Shown: positions 9,443 through 18,608 of the stretch, piece by piece
How the letters are laid out: every line of letters begins with the position of its first letter
Numbering within the stretch: position 1 is the first letter of the stretch
Virus record (IMG/VR): IMGVR_UViG_3300026078_000024
Coordinates: 1 to 64,000 of that record
Length of the DNA stretch: 64,000 nucleotides
From: a virus
Strand: one strand, 5' to 3'
The notes under the pieces: generated by a model
What the model saw: the letters and a program-made list of their open reading frames with translations, nothing else
Told to the model about the DNA's origin: nothing
Database searches by the model: none
Translations under genes and position numbers: made by a program

Positions 9443-10711
9443 ATGTCTGTTTCCTCAGTGATCGAAGCTCTCGCCAACTGCGCGGTCACCGACTCGTGGG
9501 AAGTCGGCATGTGCGGTCAGTTCTGCGCGGCGATGTACGGCTACGGCTTCTCCGGCTACCGGGACGCGGTGACCCAATGGGCCGAAACACCCTCCAGCAT
9601 CAAGCACGCGGCCAGCACAGAGGCTCCGGCGGGTGCCCTGGTGTTCTGGGGCGGGGGTTCCGCCGGACACGGCCACGTGGCCATAGCGGACGGAACGGGG
9701 AGTGTGTGGTCGATCGACATAGGCGGTCCCGGGACGGTCTCCCGTGTCTCCGCCGGTACGATCGCCTCCCGGTGGGGCCTTCCCTATCTCGGATGGTCGG
9801 CCCCGTACTTCCAGGGCGCGGAATGGAGCCCCCAGATGATCTATGGCGTGGACGTCAGTGCGTACCAGCCGATCAACTTCCCCCTCGTCACCCCGTCCGA
9901 CAACCACCCGGTCGACTTCGCGATCATCAAGATCACCGAGGGCATGTCGACGACGGCCGGTCAGGGGTACAACACGAAGTGGGTCAGCCAGCGGCAGTGG
10001 GCCCGTGATCACGGCCTGGTTGTGGGTTTCTACCACTTCGCCCGTCCCGGAGACATGGTTTCCCAGGCCGATCACTTCCTCTCGCAGATCAACCTCGCCC
10101 CCGGCGACGTTCTCGCGTTCGACTGGGAGGACACCGGGGTCACGAACGCGCAGAAGGACGCGTGGATCTCGTACGTGCAGGGACGCGCACCCGGCCACAA
10201 GGTGATCTTGTACTGCAACAAGGACTTCTGGCTGAACCGGGACCGGACGTCCTTCGCCGGGGACGGTCTGTGGATCGCCACCGGCGGGATCCCTGCCGGG
10301 TCTCCGGGGATCAAATCCCCGTGGCTGGTCCACCAGTACTCCACGTCCGGGAACCTCGATCACGACGTGGCACAATTCGCAGGCCGGGCAGACATGCTCA
10401 CATGGGCCGGAGGAGACGACATGGCACTCAGTGCGGACGACAAGGCGTGGATCAAGGATCTGTTCCTGGCGACGTCGCTGGTGGACAACAAGGCGCACGG
10501 TCTCGGGTACTACGCGGCGCATGCCGAGCAGGCCCTCGCGGCGGTCCTCGCGCAGGCGAGGGCGAACGGAACGGGGATCTCTGCGGCCGGGCTCAAGCTC
10601 GACGCGATCAAGACCGTCCTCGACGGCCTCGACCTCTCCGGCGTCTCGGACGCGGTTGCGGAGAAGATCAAGACGATCAAGTTCATCGTCACGTCCGAGC
10701 AGGGAGTCTGA
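9443..10711 (+). CDS. Endolysin: N-terminal CHAP/NlpC-P60-like peptidase plus GH25 muramidase
   Basis: GMCGQFC...PAGALVFW...GHGHVAI (Cys/His dyad); YGVDVSAYQ, IKITEG, GFYHFARP, AFDWED (GH25); start reassigned to ATG 9443 after GGGGAG. Confidence 0.9.
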   Translation: MSVSSVIEALANCAVTDSWEVGMCGQFCAAMYGYGFSGYRDAVTQWAETPSSIKHAASTEAPAGALVFWGGGSAGHGHVAIADGTGSVWSIDIGGPGTVSRVSAGTIASRWGLPYLGWSAPYFQGAEWSPQMIYGVDVSAYQPINFPLVTPSDNHPVDFAIIKITEGMSTTAGQGYNTKWVSQRQWARDHGLVVGFYHFARPGDMVSQADHFLSQINLAPGDVLAFDWEDTGVTNAQKDAWISYVQGRAPGHKVILYCNKDFWLNRDRTSFAGDGLWIATGGIPAGSPGIKSPWLVHQYSTSGNLDHDVAQFAGRADMLTWAGGDDMALSADDKAWIKDLFLATSLVDNKAHGLGYYAAHAEQALAAVLAQARANGTGISAAGLKLDAIKTVLDGLDLSGVSDAVAEKIKTIKFIVTSEQGV

Positions 10712-10713
10712 TC

Positions 10714-10962
10714 ATGTCCGATGAGCCCGAGGTCCGGGTGTTCGATTCGATCACGGCGGCGGTCGAGAATTCCGCCCAGCCCGCCCCTCCGCCGTACTCA
10801 GAGATCCAAAACCCACAGCTGCCCGTCTCCGGGCCCGAGGGGGAGGGGGAGGTACCCCCGCCTCGGAAGGGTCCTGCTCGCAAGCCAGCGACCAAAGCAG
10901 GCGGCGTGACGGCCCATGCTGGAGCGGCGCGGACCCAGGTGAAGGCGAAGGACCCTGAGTGA
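10714..10962 (+). CDS. Small Pro-rich hypothetical protein
   Basis: MSDEPEVRVF...; coupled to both neighbours (TGATCATG, GTGA overlap). Confidence 0.6.
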   Translation: MSDEPEVRVFDSITAAVENSAQPAPPPYSEIQNPQLPVSGPEGEGEVPPPRKGPARKPATKAGGVTAHAGAARTQVKAKDPE

Positions 10963-12128
10963 AGATCACTGTCTATCCGGCGGACAGCGGCGGGTGTGGA
11001 TTTTTCCGGCTCATCTGGGCGGCCGAGGAGCTGAAGCGGCAAGGGCATGACATTGATCTCAAACCGCCGGACAAGCGGGACATCCGCCTCCAGACGTCCG
11101 GGATCAAGAGGCTCAATCAGCGCCGGGACAGAGACGCGCGCACCGAGGACGTTCTCGATCTTGAGACGGACGTCATCGTGCTCCAGCGGATCACCCATCA
11201 GTTCATGGCCGAGGCGATCCCGATCATGCGCCGGAAAGGGATCGCGGTCGTCCTCGACGTGGACGACGACCTCACGTCGATCCACCCGAGCAATCCGGCT
11301 TACAACGGGTACCACCCCCGGAACGAATGGCGGATCGACCGGACCACCGGCGAGTACTCGCGCAACTCCTGGCACCACCTCGTCACGGCCGCCCGTGAGT
11401 CGACCGTGGTCACCGTCTCCACCCCGGCCCTCCTCGACGTCTACGGCCGCGCCGGGAACGGCCGGGTGATCTACAACCACCTGCCCTCCCACTACTACGA
11501 CGTGGATCATGCCGACAGTGAGCTGATCGGGTGGCCCGCCGCTCTCGTCTCCCACCCGGACGACCCGTCGGCCATGGGAGGGGCATTGGCACGTCTGCTC
11601 GGCCAGCCACGGGAGTTTCAGGTCGTGGGTGATGCAACCGGGTGCGGGTACGCATTCGGTCTTGTCTCCGACCCGTCCGGCTACGACGAGGTGATCGACC
11701 TCATGGCGTGGCCGGAGGCGGTCGCGCGTCTCGGGATCGGCGTGGCTCCCCTGGCCGACACGAAGTTCAACCGGTGCAAGTCGTGGCTCAAGCCGCTGGA
11801 GCTGTCCGCGTTGCGGGTGCCGTGGGTGGCATCACCCCGGGCGGAGTACACCCGGTGGTACAAGGAGGGCCTGAAGGAGGGGTACGTGATCGGCGCGCTG
11901 GCCGACACACCCCGCCGGTGGTTCAACGAACTCAAGAGGCTCAAGAACTCTCCGGCCCTGCGCCAGGAGCGGGCGGAGGGCGCCCGGCTGATCGCGGAGA
12001 AGTACCGGCTGGAGGCGAACGCGTGGCGCTGGCTGGAGGCGTGGCACGGAGCCTACGATCTTGAGCGGCGCGGGGACCGGGCGACCGCTGTGATCGACCT
12101 CGCGACCGGGCACCCGGTCGTCGGTTAG
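10959..12128 (+). CDS. GT-B fold glycosyltransferase
   Basis: 'DSGGCGFFRL', 'LDVDDD', 'VTVSTPAL', 'GIGVAPLADTKFNRCKSWLKPLELSALRVPWVASP'. Confidence 0.85.
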   Translation: MKITVYPADSGGCGFFRLIWAAEELKRQGHDIDLKPPDKRDIRLQTSGIKRLNQRRDRDARTEDVLDLETDVIVLQRITHQFMAEAIPIMRRKGIAVVLDVDDDLTSIHPSNPAYNGYHPRNEWRIDRTTGEYSRNSWHHLVTAARESTVVTVSTPALLDVYGRAGNGRVIYNHLPSHYYDVDHADSELIGWPAALVSHPDDPSAMGGALARLLGQPREFQVVGDATGCGYAFGLVSDPSGYDEVIDLMAWPEAVARLGIGVAPLADTKFNRCKSWLKPLELSALRVPWVASPRAEYTRWYKEGLKEGYVIGALADTPRRWFNELKRLKNSPALRQERAEGARLIAEKYRLEANAWRWLEAWHGAYDLERRGDRATAVIDLATGHPVVG

Positions 12129-12370
12129 AGCGTCACCACGGGAATGGGCCCGGTGCCGCTGTCGGCGTGCGCCTCGCGCTCCTTGGTCATCCGGAGGGCC
12201 TGGCGCTCCAGCTCTCGGAGACGCGGTTCCAGGCAGTCGATCTCGTACCCGAGGGCGGCGCCGGTGACCGGGTCAGTGAAGATCATCCGCTCCAGACACG
12301 CCTTCTTCACTTCAAGATCTTCTCTTACCCGGGCGATGTGTCCATTGAGATCATTCAGGGACATGGTCAC
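12125..12370 (-). CDS. Hypothetical coiled-coil protein
   Basis: Overlaps the WhiB stop by 4 nt; convergent with the late operon. Confidence 0.6.
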   Translation of the reverse strand: MTMSLNDLNGHIARVREDLEVKKACLERMIFTDPVTGAALGYEIDCLEPRLRELERQALRMTKEREAHADSGTGPIPVVTL

Positions 12371-12750
12371 GATGCCGCCTCCAAGCGAAGATCAACGCGC
12401 CAGGAGACGGCGCACGCAATGCAGACCTGATAGGGGGTGTCCCCCACGGTCTCGATCATTGATTTGCTTCCGCACGCCGGGCACTTGGCCCGGTGCCGGG
12501 TGCGCGACATGGCGCGGCGTGTGGCCGTGGACGTGCCACCCCAGAAGCCGGTGTCTTGGTTGATCAGTGCGCTGTTGAGGCACTTCGCCTTGACGGGACA
12601 GAGATCACAGAAAAGAGACCGGACCTTGGTCAGGCGGGCCTCCGTTTCTTCGGCGGGAAAGAACAAATAGTCGGCGGCGCCCCCGCAGAGTGCGTCACCG
12701 TGCCAATCGGTCTTGATCGATGCATAGATCGTTTCGTCCGTCCCGTGCAC
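12367..12750 (-). CDS. whiB: WhiB-family transcription factor with extra C-terminal CxxC..CxxC zinc ribbon
   Basis: W..ALC...FFP...CDLCPVKAKC...GFWGG; then CPAC...CIAC; start set at GTG 12750 (RBS AAGGGG) downstream of the terminator. Confidence 0.9.
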   Translation of the reverse strand: MHGTDETIYASIKTDWHGDALCGGAADYLFFPAEETEARLTKVRSLFCDLCPVKAKCLNSALINQDTGFWGGTSTATRRAMSRTRHRAKCPACGSKSMIETVGDTPYQVCIACAVSWRVDLRLEAAS

Positions 12751-12806
12751 CGGGCACCCCCTTGGGCACGGCTGGGTTATATGCCAAAGATGCTCTCGAA
12801 TTGAAC

Positions 12807-12855
12807 AAAAGAAAAGCCGCCGTCCCATGGTCTTTTGGACCATGGAACGGCGGCT
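12807..12855 (-). terminator. Intrinsic terminator ending the long minus-strand early operon
   Basis: AGCCGCCGTTCCATGGTC-CAAAA-GACCATGGGACGGCGGCT followed by TTTCTTTT. Confidence 0.85.
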
Positions 12856-12868
12856 CCGGAACTTCTGA

Positions 12869-13189
12869 TCAGGCTTGGCCCTGCCCCCGTTTCTTGAGAG
12901 TGGGCAGGACGTCTCCGGTGACCACGGCGTCACGGACGCGCGGGGACCACCGGAACCGGGGGTAGTAGGTGCGGGGAGCCATCCACTCCTCGCCCGACTG
13001 GGGGTCCCGCCGGACGCGCGGCGCGACCTCGGACGCGTACCAGGTACCGAAGTTGGTCACGGTGACGCGACCCTTCTCGATCACGGTACGGCCGATCACG
13101 TCGAACGTGGCCCGGAGGACCTTCGCGACGATCTTCTCTGATTCGCCGGACTCCTTCGCCACGGCTTCGATCAACTGGGTGTGGTTCAT
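12869..13189 (-). CDS. HU/IHF-family DNA-binding protein
   Basis: MNHTQLIEAVA...VTVTNFGTW...RVRRDPQSGE...PRFR (HU signature). Confidence 0.9.
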   Translation of the reverse strand: MNHTQLIEAVAKESGESEKIVAKVLRATFDVIGRTVIEKGRVTVTNFGTWYASEVAPRVRRDPQSGEEWMAPRTYYPRFRWSPRVRDAVVTGDVLPTLKKRGQGQA

Positions 13190-13203
13190 GATCCTCGTTC
13201 TCT

Positions 13204-13473
13204 CTACGACCAACCACCGGGAGTGTACGACGGGTTGTCCCCCGGCTTCGGGTTGGCCGGGAACGGCGCCTGCCCGGGATGCAGGAGGCGGTAGGTCCGC
13301 CCGTCGTGGTGGCCGTTCTCGTCGCGCGCCGGAACGACGCGCGGCGCGAACAGGAGCGGTACGACGGCGAGCACGAGACCGATGATCGCGGCGGGGAGCG
13401 CGAGCTTCTCGTCGAGACCGATCACGATCACGAGGATCGCCCACACGAACGCGTTCGTTTTGACGGCCCTCAT
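13204..13473 (-). CDS. Small membrane protein (2 TM)
   Basis: Two hydrophobic stretches; operon packing. Confidence 0.65.
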   Translation of the reverse strand: MRAVKTNAFVWAILVIVIGLDEKLALPAAIIGLVLAVVPLLFAPRVVPARDENGHHDGRTYRLLHPGQAPFPANPKPGDNPSYTPGGWS

Positions 13474-13742
13474 TCCCTGACCTCCCCGACGATCCCCCGG
13501 CCCGCTTCCAGTTCCTTGATCTGCTCGTCGAGCTGAAGATCACGGACCTTGCGCAGGACGGCCGCCCATTCGGTCATGTCCAGGAGGGTGTTGGTCACGA
13601 CCAGTGCCGAGACGAACCGGTGGCACGTGGCCGGTCCGTATCCCATCTTCGCTGCGAAGGCCACGGCCGTGACCACTTCCTCGGACACGGCCGCGTGCTT
13701 GCCGACGTCCACGGCGGAGAGGGTGAGATCTTCGATCTTCAC
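13470..13742 (-). CDS. Hypothetical protein
   Basis: 4-nt overlaps on both sides. Confidence 0.65.
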   Translation of the reverse strand: MKIEDLTLSAVDVGKHAAVSEEVVTAVAFAAKMGYGPATCHRFVSALVVTNTLLDMTEWAAVLRKVRDLQLDEQIKELEAGRGIVGEVRE

Positions 13743-13969
13743 CGGACGCGCCCCCTGACGATGTTGACCGTCTGGGACACCGTGGTTCCGGCGTCCTCCT
13801 CCGGGTCGGCCTCGATCTCCGCCCGGGACATGCGCGAGACCCGGTGGATCCCGTCGATCCCGGCGTGCTTCCCGTCGGACCCGTACGAGCCCTGAACGGC
13901 TTCCATGATCGCGGCACCGGCGGCGGTGAAGTCACCGGCCGCCAGCGCCTTGCGGTACTCCTCTGACAT
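13739..13969 (-). CDS. Hypothetical protein
   Basis: MSEEYRKAL...; RBS GAAAGGG. Confidence 0.6.
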   Translation of the reverse strand: MSEEYRKALAAGDFTAAGAAIMEAVQGSYGSDGKHAGIDGIHRVSRMSRAEIEADPEEDAGTTVSQTVNIVRGRVR

Positions 13970-14152
13970 TTCTTGATCCCTTTCCTGTCCGGGTGGTGCT
14001 GGCATGGCGGAGGCCCGGCCACGGGGCAACGTGACCGGGCCTCCTGGCGCCGGAGCGTTAGGGTTCTCCGACGGCTTCCCCGCCTTCAGGCAGGCGGGGC
14101 GTATGTGTCTCCGGCCGGGTGCCCTCGCCGGAGCGGCTGACCGGCGGCCGGA

Positions 14153-14503
14153 TCAGTACACGAACGGTTCCGGGGACGGCGTCCCGAGGACCACGTTCCG
14201 GTTGCGCCGGAACTGCGGAGGCTCGCCCGTCCGGGCGATCTCCACGAACCTCCAGGACGTCCAGGTGTAGATCACCTTGCGCTTCATCCGGTCGTCGTAC
14301 CCGTACACGAACAGGACCGGGACGAGGGCGCCCCGATAGAAGACCGTCCCGTACGTGACCTTCTCGATCACCACGTCCCGGGAGTTGCTGCCGAGGCCCT
14401 CGTTGCTGAACGTCTCGGTGTAGACGTCTCCGCGCCGGAGTTGGTGCGGCCTGACCACGGTGAGGTAGGTGCCCGGCCGGACGTCTGTTTCGGTGTCACT
14501 CAT
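14153..14503 (-). CDS. Hypothetical protein
   Basis: 116 aa, purine-rich RBS, operon packing. Confidence 0.65.
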   Translation of the reverse strand: MSDTETDVRPGTYLTVVRPHQLRRGDVYTETFSNEGLGSNSRDVVIEKVTYGTVFYRGALVPVLFVYGYDDRMKRKVIYTWTSWRFVEIARTGEPPQFRRNRNVVLGTPSPEPFVY

Positions 14504-14897
14504 GTTGATCCCTTTCCTCCCGCCACCGGCGGGTGCTCTCGCGGCGCTCCTCGCGCATGCGCCGGATGTTCTCCCGGCGCGCGGCCATACGGGCGCGCAA
14601 CGCCTCTCGCTGCGCGTCTCGCTGACGCTCTTCCTCGGACCGGCCCCGGTGGTCCGGGGGCGTCTCGGAACGCCCCCGGTGGCGACCGGCCGCCCGGCTG
14701 GCGGGCGTGGTCACCTTCCGGATGCTCGCCGGTCCGGGGCCTGAGACCGAGGTGGTGTGCCGACCGTTGGTCGACCGGGTGTGAGACACCGGTCCGATCT
14801 TGGTCGTCACGGAGACCGATTTCTTGTTGAGGTTCAGGGTGAACAGGCCACCCAGGAACGACTTCCGCTTGGTGAAGCGGAGATTCCAGCCGCCCAT
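14496..14897 (-). CDS. DUF4236-like protein
   Basis: MGGWNLRFTKRKS...TLNLNKKSVSVT...TTSVSGPG pattern. Confidence 0.65.
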   Translation of the reverse strand: MGGWNLRFTKRKSFLGGLFTLNLNKKSVSVTTKIGPVSHTRSTNGRHTTSVSGPGPASIRKVTTPASRAAGRHRGRSETPPDHRGRSEEERQRDAQREALRARMAARRENIRRMREERRESTRRWREERDQHE

Positions 14898-14899
14898 GA

Positions 14900-15385
14900 T
14901 CAGCTCTCTTTCAGGTAGTCGGACCAGCACCGGGCGCACAGGAAACCGGTCCAGGGGGTGTCGTCGGGCTTGACGATCTCGTGTGTCTCGGAGGTCGCCT
15001 CCCACGTGCGATCCGTGGTGTGCGAGCACATGTGGCACCGGGGCCGGTGCAGGGACCGGAACACCGGCGCGCCCGGCCGGGAGTTCAGCTCCCGCCGGAC
15101 GTCGTGCATGTGGCCGTAGATCTTGGACGAGGACCGGACCCGGTCGTCGTCGTGGAACCAGTCGAACACCTCCAGGCGCCGGACCAGCTCCTCCGTGGTG
15201 ATCTTCTTCCAGGCGGCGGTGAACGTGAGCCCCCGTTCCGCCTTGGCCAGGAACACGGACAGTTCGTCTCGGGTCGGCTCACGGAAGTTGGCCGGTGGCC
15301 AGACGATGTGACGCGCGGCGTAGGGGCCGCGCGTCAGGGCCGGAGACGTCTCGGTGTGGAGCATCCCGCCGGGGGGCTGGCTCAT
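14900..15385 (-). CDS. Hypothetical protein with C-terminal CxxC..CxxC
   Basis: CHMC...CARC; operon packing. Confidence 0.55.
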   Translation of the reverse strand: MSQPPGGMLHTETSPALTRGPYAARHIVWPPANFREPTRDELSVFLAKAERGLTFTAAWKKITTEELVRRLEVFDWFHDDDRVRSSSKIYGHMHDVRRELNSRPGAPVFRSLHRPRCHMCSHTTDRTWEATSETHEIVKPDDTPWTGFLCARCWSDYLKES

Positions 15386-15540
15386 GACCGGCCGTCCGTC
15401 CACCACGGCCGCACCCATACCGGGGTGTCGTCCTCGTCGTCCCACGGGGCGCTGTTGGCGTCAACCGCGTCGTACGACCGGTCGTTGTCGTCGGCCGGGG
15501 AGTCGTCGAACATGATCGGTCTTCCTATCCGGGTGGAAGA

Positions 15541-15801
15541 TCAGTTCCAGAGACTGATCTTGTGCTGATTCCTGATCCACTGGTCCACGGTCGTCTGTAG
15601 CTGCTGACCGCCCTCGCACAGAAGACCGTAGAGGTGATCCATCTCCTCCGGCGTCTCCGGCGGGTGGATCTTCGAAAGCTGATTGACGTGTTCGCACTGC
15701 ACGCACGCCGTGGTGTGATCCGTCCACTCCGCGAACGCGGGGACGTACGGCAGAGGGCTCTCACCTTCGAACGTGATCACCCTGATCTTGATCGCATGCA
15801 T
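15541..15801 (-). CDS. Hypothetical protein
   Basis: RBS AGGAGG then GATCATG; HxxxCxxC. Confidence 0.6.
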   Translation of the reverse strand: MHAIKIRVITFEGESPLPYVPAFAEWTDHTTACVQCEHVNQLSKIHPPETPEEMDHLYGLLCEGGQQLQTTVDQWIRNQHKISLWN

Positions 15802-15817
15802 GATCCCTCCTAGGTCG

Positions 15818-15891
15818 TGGTCCCGGTCGGACTCGAACCGACGCGGACGGAGGTTAAGAGCCTCCCGCTCTGCCAACTGAGCTACGGGACC
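15818..15891 (-). tRNA. tRNA-Lys(CTT)
   Basis: GGTCCCG TA GCTC AGTTGGCA GAGC G GGAGG CT-CTT-AA CCTCC ... GTCGG TTCGAGT CCGAC CGGGACC A; CCA not encoded. Confidence 0.92.
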
Positions 15892-16010
15892 GATCCCGGC
15901 CGCCGGGTGGGATAGAGAACCGGCGGCCGGTGTTGCGCCCGGGAAAGGTACGAAACCGGACGGCTTCCTGATCTTTCAACCCACGGTCGGAACGCGGGCA
16001 GACCAGGCGA

Positions 16011-16193
16011 TCATGAAACCTGTGCGACGCTCCAGTCGATGACGTTGTAGGTCGTCTCGTCCACGTCGACCGTACCGGGGTCCGCGTCCTGGATTGCCTG
16101 CTCCAGTTGATCGGCCATCTCGTCACGGGAAACGAACTTCCCGGACTCCCGTTCCAAGGTGACCTCAACGGTGAAGGTGAAGACGTGCGCCAT
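16011..16193 (-). CDS. Small hypothetical protein between the two tRNAs
   Basis: RBS GAAAGGA, GATCATG start. Confidence 0.65.
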   Translation of the reverse strand: MAHVFTFTVEVTLERESGKFVSRDEMADQLEQAIQDADPGTVDVDETTYNVIDWSVAQVS

Positions 16194-16232
16194 GATCGTG
16201 ATTCCTTTCGGTCGGTTGTCGATCGTGGTGGG

Positions 16233-16305
16233 TGCCCGCAGAGGGATTCGAACCCCCGGCCCCCGCGTCCGTAGCGCGGCGCTCTGTCCTCTGAGCTATG
16301 CGGGC
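16233..16305 (-). tRNA. tRNA-Arg(ACG)
   Basis: GCCCGCA TA GCTC AGAGGACA GAGC G CCGCG CT-ACG-GA CGCGG GGGCC GGGGG TTCGAAT CCCTC TGCGGGC A. Confidence 0.92.
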
Positions 16306-16377
16306 GGGTGGCCGGTCCCTCCCGGGAAGCGGCCGACCGAGATGCAGACATGCACCCCGGAGATTGTGGATCACGTC

Positions 16378-16635
16378 CTAGTTCGTCCGGCCCTCGCGGA
16401 GCCGGTCCTCGTAGCTCATCCATGGCCGGGCGGATGCCGCCTTGCCGGGGCTGAGCGGGATCACCGGAGGAAGATCGTCGATCCCCTCGTGATCGGCCTG
16501 AACGCACGCGTCCGAGCAGTAGGTCGCGGACGTGACCGGGGGCGGCACTTCGCCCCCGCACCACGTGCAGCCCTTCTGGACCTTGGCCCGGAGGTTCCGG
16601 GCGTAGTCCTTGCGCCGTGCCGGACCCATGGTCAC
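16378..16635 (-). CDS. Small zinc-finger protein
   Basis: CTWCGG...YCSDAC. Confidence 0.65.
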   Translation of the reverse strand: MTMGPARRKDYARNLRAKVQKGCTWCGGEVPPPVTSATYCSDACVQADHEGIDDLPPVIPLSPGKAASARPWMSYEDRLREGRTN

Positions 16636-17465
16636 TTCTCGTCGAGACCGGGCAGGCCGAGGGCCTCCCCGAGAGCCGCGAGGGCGCCGAGCAGATCGGC
16701 CGGGTCCTCCCCCGGCTCGACCGGGAGAGGAGTCTTCTCGGTTCCGTGCCGGTCGTGGGAGAGGAACTCCTCCAGCTCCCGGCGGTGGTTGTCCGCGTCC
16801 TCCTTGTTCTCCGCCAGGAACGCGGCGACCGTCTCCGGCGTCTCGTTCGGGTCCTCCGCGAGGGACTTCTCGTACATCTCCGGGGTGATCTTCTGGGCGA
16901 GGGAGACGTGGAGGGCGGTGAGGCCGTTGCAGAACCGGGTCATCTGCATGCCCTCGATCAGAAGACCGAAGATCTCTGCCTCCGTGGCCTTCGACGTGTC
17001 CTCACCGGCGGCGAGCCGGTCGAACAGCTCCCGGGCGTGGTGCCGGTAGACCGGCTCCGGCGCCAGGAGATCCGTGTGTTCCAGGGCGGGCTTGACGATC
17101 ATGAACTCATCGTCGAACTTCTGCGGGTCCGTCTCCGGGTGCCGCTCCTTCGCGGCCTTCAGCTCCTGAGCCGCCCACTTGAACTGCTGGAACGACGTGC
17201 GCATGTGCTGGACCTCCGGCGGTTCGCCCCCGAGACCGAGAAGGGCCACGACCTCCGGGGGCAGACCGACCGGGCCCCCGAGACCGGCGAGGGCGCTCGC
17301 TCCCAGCCCGTCGAGGGCGGAGACCGGGAAGGCGACGGCCCTGAAGTCGTCGTCGTCAAAGATCACCTCTGCCCCCGGCAGGTCCGACGGGTCGAACGAG
17401 GGAGCGGACGATGACAGTTCGGGCAGGTCTTCGGCGCCCTCGGGGCGCTCGTTGCGTTCGGACAT
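16632..17465 (-). CDS. Acidic hypothetical protein
   Basis: MSERNERPEG...; 277 aa; RBS AAAGGG plus GATCATG. Confidence 0.7.
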   Translation of the reverse strand: MSERNERPEGAEDLPELSSSAPSFDPSDLPGAEVIFDDDDFRAVAFPVSALDGLGASALAGLGGPVGLPPEVVALLGLGGEPPEVQHMRTSFQQFKWAAQELKAAKERHPETDPQKFDDEFMIVKPALEHTDLLAPEPVYRHHARELFDRLAAGEDTSKATEAEIFGLLIEGMQMTRFCNGLTALHVSLAQKITPEMYEKSLAEDPNETPETVAAFLAENKEDADNHRRELEEFLSHDRHGTEKTPLPVEPGEDPADLLGALAALGEALGLPGLDEK

Positions 17466-17630
17466 GATCCCTTTGCTTCCTTCTCGGGTGACCCCGTCTC
17501 CGGCGGAGACGGGACGTGCTTGGTGGTGAGGCTCTGATAGATCGCCATGACTCCGCAGAGGAACATCACAACGAACAGGATGGGCATGATCCAATGGACC
17601 CACAGGCCGAAGACCCACAGGAGTTGATCA

Positions 17631-17978
17631 TCACTCATGATCATCGCCCTCGTAGTGGTTCTCGTGGACGTCGGACGTCTCGGACGCGAGGAGTTCCAGC
17701 GCCCGGGTGAACGAGATCTTCCCTTCGCTCTGATGTGTCCACGGCGTCCGCACCCGGGTGTAGATCACGGTGGGAACGCGGTCACGAGAGTGCCAGACGA
17801 ACGACATGAACTCGATCGAGTTGTAGGCGGGACCGGGGTACCACTCGTTCTTGATCGCGAACTCCGGCGTGACGTGCTCGCGCATCCGGCGCACGGTCGG
17901 CTGGCCGGGAACGATCTCCCAGCCACGGCCGACGGCGTCTTTGATCGCCTCAAGGGTCTGGGCGTAACGGTCAGCCAT
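17631..17978 (-). CDS. Hypothetical protein
   Basis: MADRYAQ...; overlaps the upstream stop. Confidence 0.6.
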   Translation of the reverse strand: MADRYAQTLEAIKDAVGRGWEIVPGQPTVRRMREHVTPEFAIKNEWYPGPAYNSIEFMSFVWHSRDRVPTVIYTRVRTPWTHQSEGKISFTRALELLASETSDVHENHYEGDDHE

Positions 17979-18330
17979 CGATCCCACCCCTCCGGGGTCC
18001 GCCACCGGCGGGACGTGTCTTGCGTCCACGCCTGACGAACGGGTGATCGCGCATACCCCATGCGTTCAGTACGAGGTACTGATGCTGAGACGTGGTCAGG
18101 GAGTACCCGACGTCCGGGACGATGGGGGTTCCGTCCGGCATGGTCCACCCAATCGGGGTGTCGTACGAGAGAACGACGTAGACCGCCTCTTGAAGGCTCT
18201 GCCAGTAGTTGATCGGCAGTTCGCCGTAGTCGACCCGGTCCCATCCTTCGATCCCGCTGAGTGTGTCGCGCATCCGGAACGGAACGCGGTTCTTGATCGC
18301 AACCTCTGCGGTCGCGAGAGTGTGCCCCAT
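17971..18330 (-). CDS. Hypothetical protein (YVVLSYDTPIGW...YSLTTSQHQ type)
   Basis: Motif I associate with small actinophage early proteins; GATCATG start. Confidence 0.65.
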   Translation of the reverse strand: MGHTLATAEVAIKNRVPFRMRDTLSGIEGWDRVDYGELPINYWQSLQEAVYVVLSYDTPIGWTMPDGTPIVPDVGYSLTTSQHQYLVLNAWGMRDHPFVRRGRKTRPAGGGPRRGGIDG

Positions 18331-18608
18331 GATCTTGTACCTCTCCGGGTGAGAGACCGGCCCCCGCCGGGGGGACAACGGGGACCGGTCGTACGGGACC
18401 GGTCAACGCCGGTCGTGCGGGACGGAGTCACCTCCGCCCTGGTACCAACCGCCCTCGGAGTTGCCGCCGCATGCGGCGCAGACACCGAGGGTCAGGATGG
18501 TGATCGCGACCCAGGCCAGAACCATGACCATGAACCGCTTCGTGATCATCTGACGGGCGATCGTGCTGTGCATGTGATCCCTTTCGTCCGTGGTGATCTT
18601 GTGGTGCG

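Noticed and set aside
12751-12933. Longer WhiB start from the ORF track
   Set aside because: It runs through an intrinsic terminator and overlaps the HU gene; GTG 12750 has an RBS
15892-16010. Degenerate tRNA upstream of tRNA-Lys
   Set aside because: Only an 11-bp hairpin and a weak GGTTTCGTACC; no consistent cloverleaf
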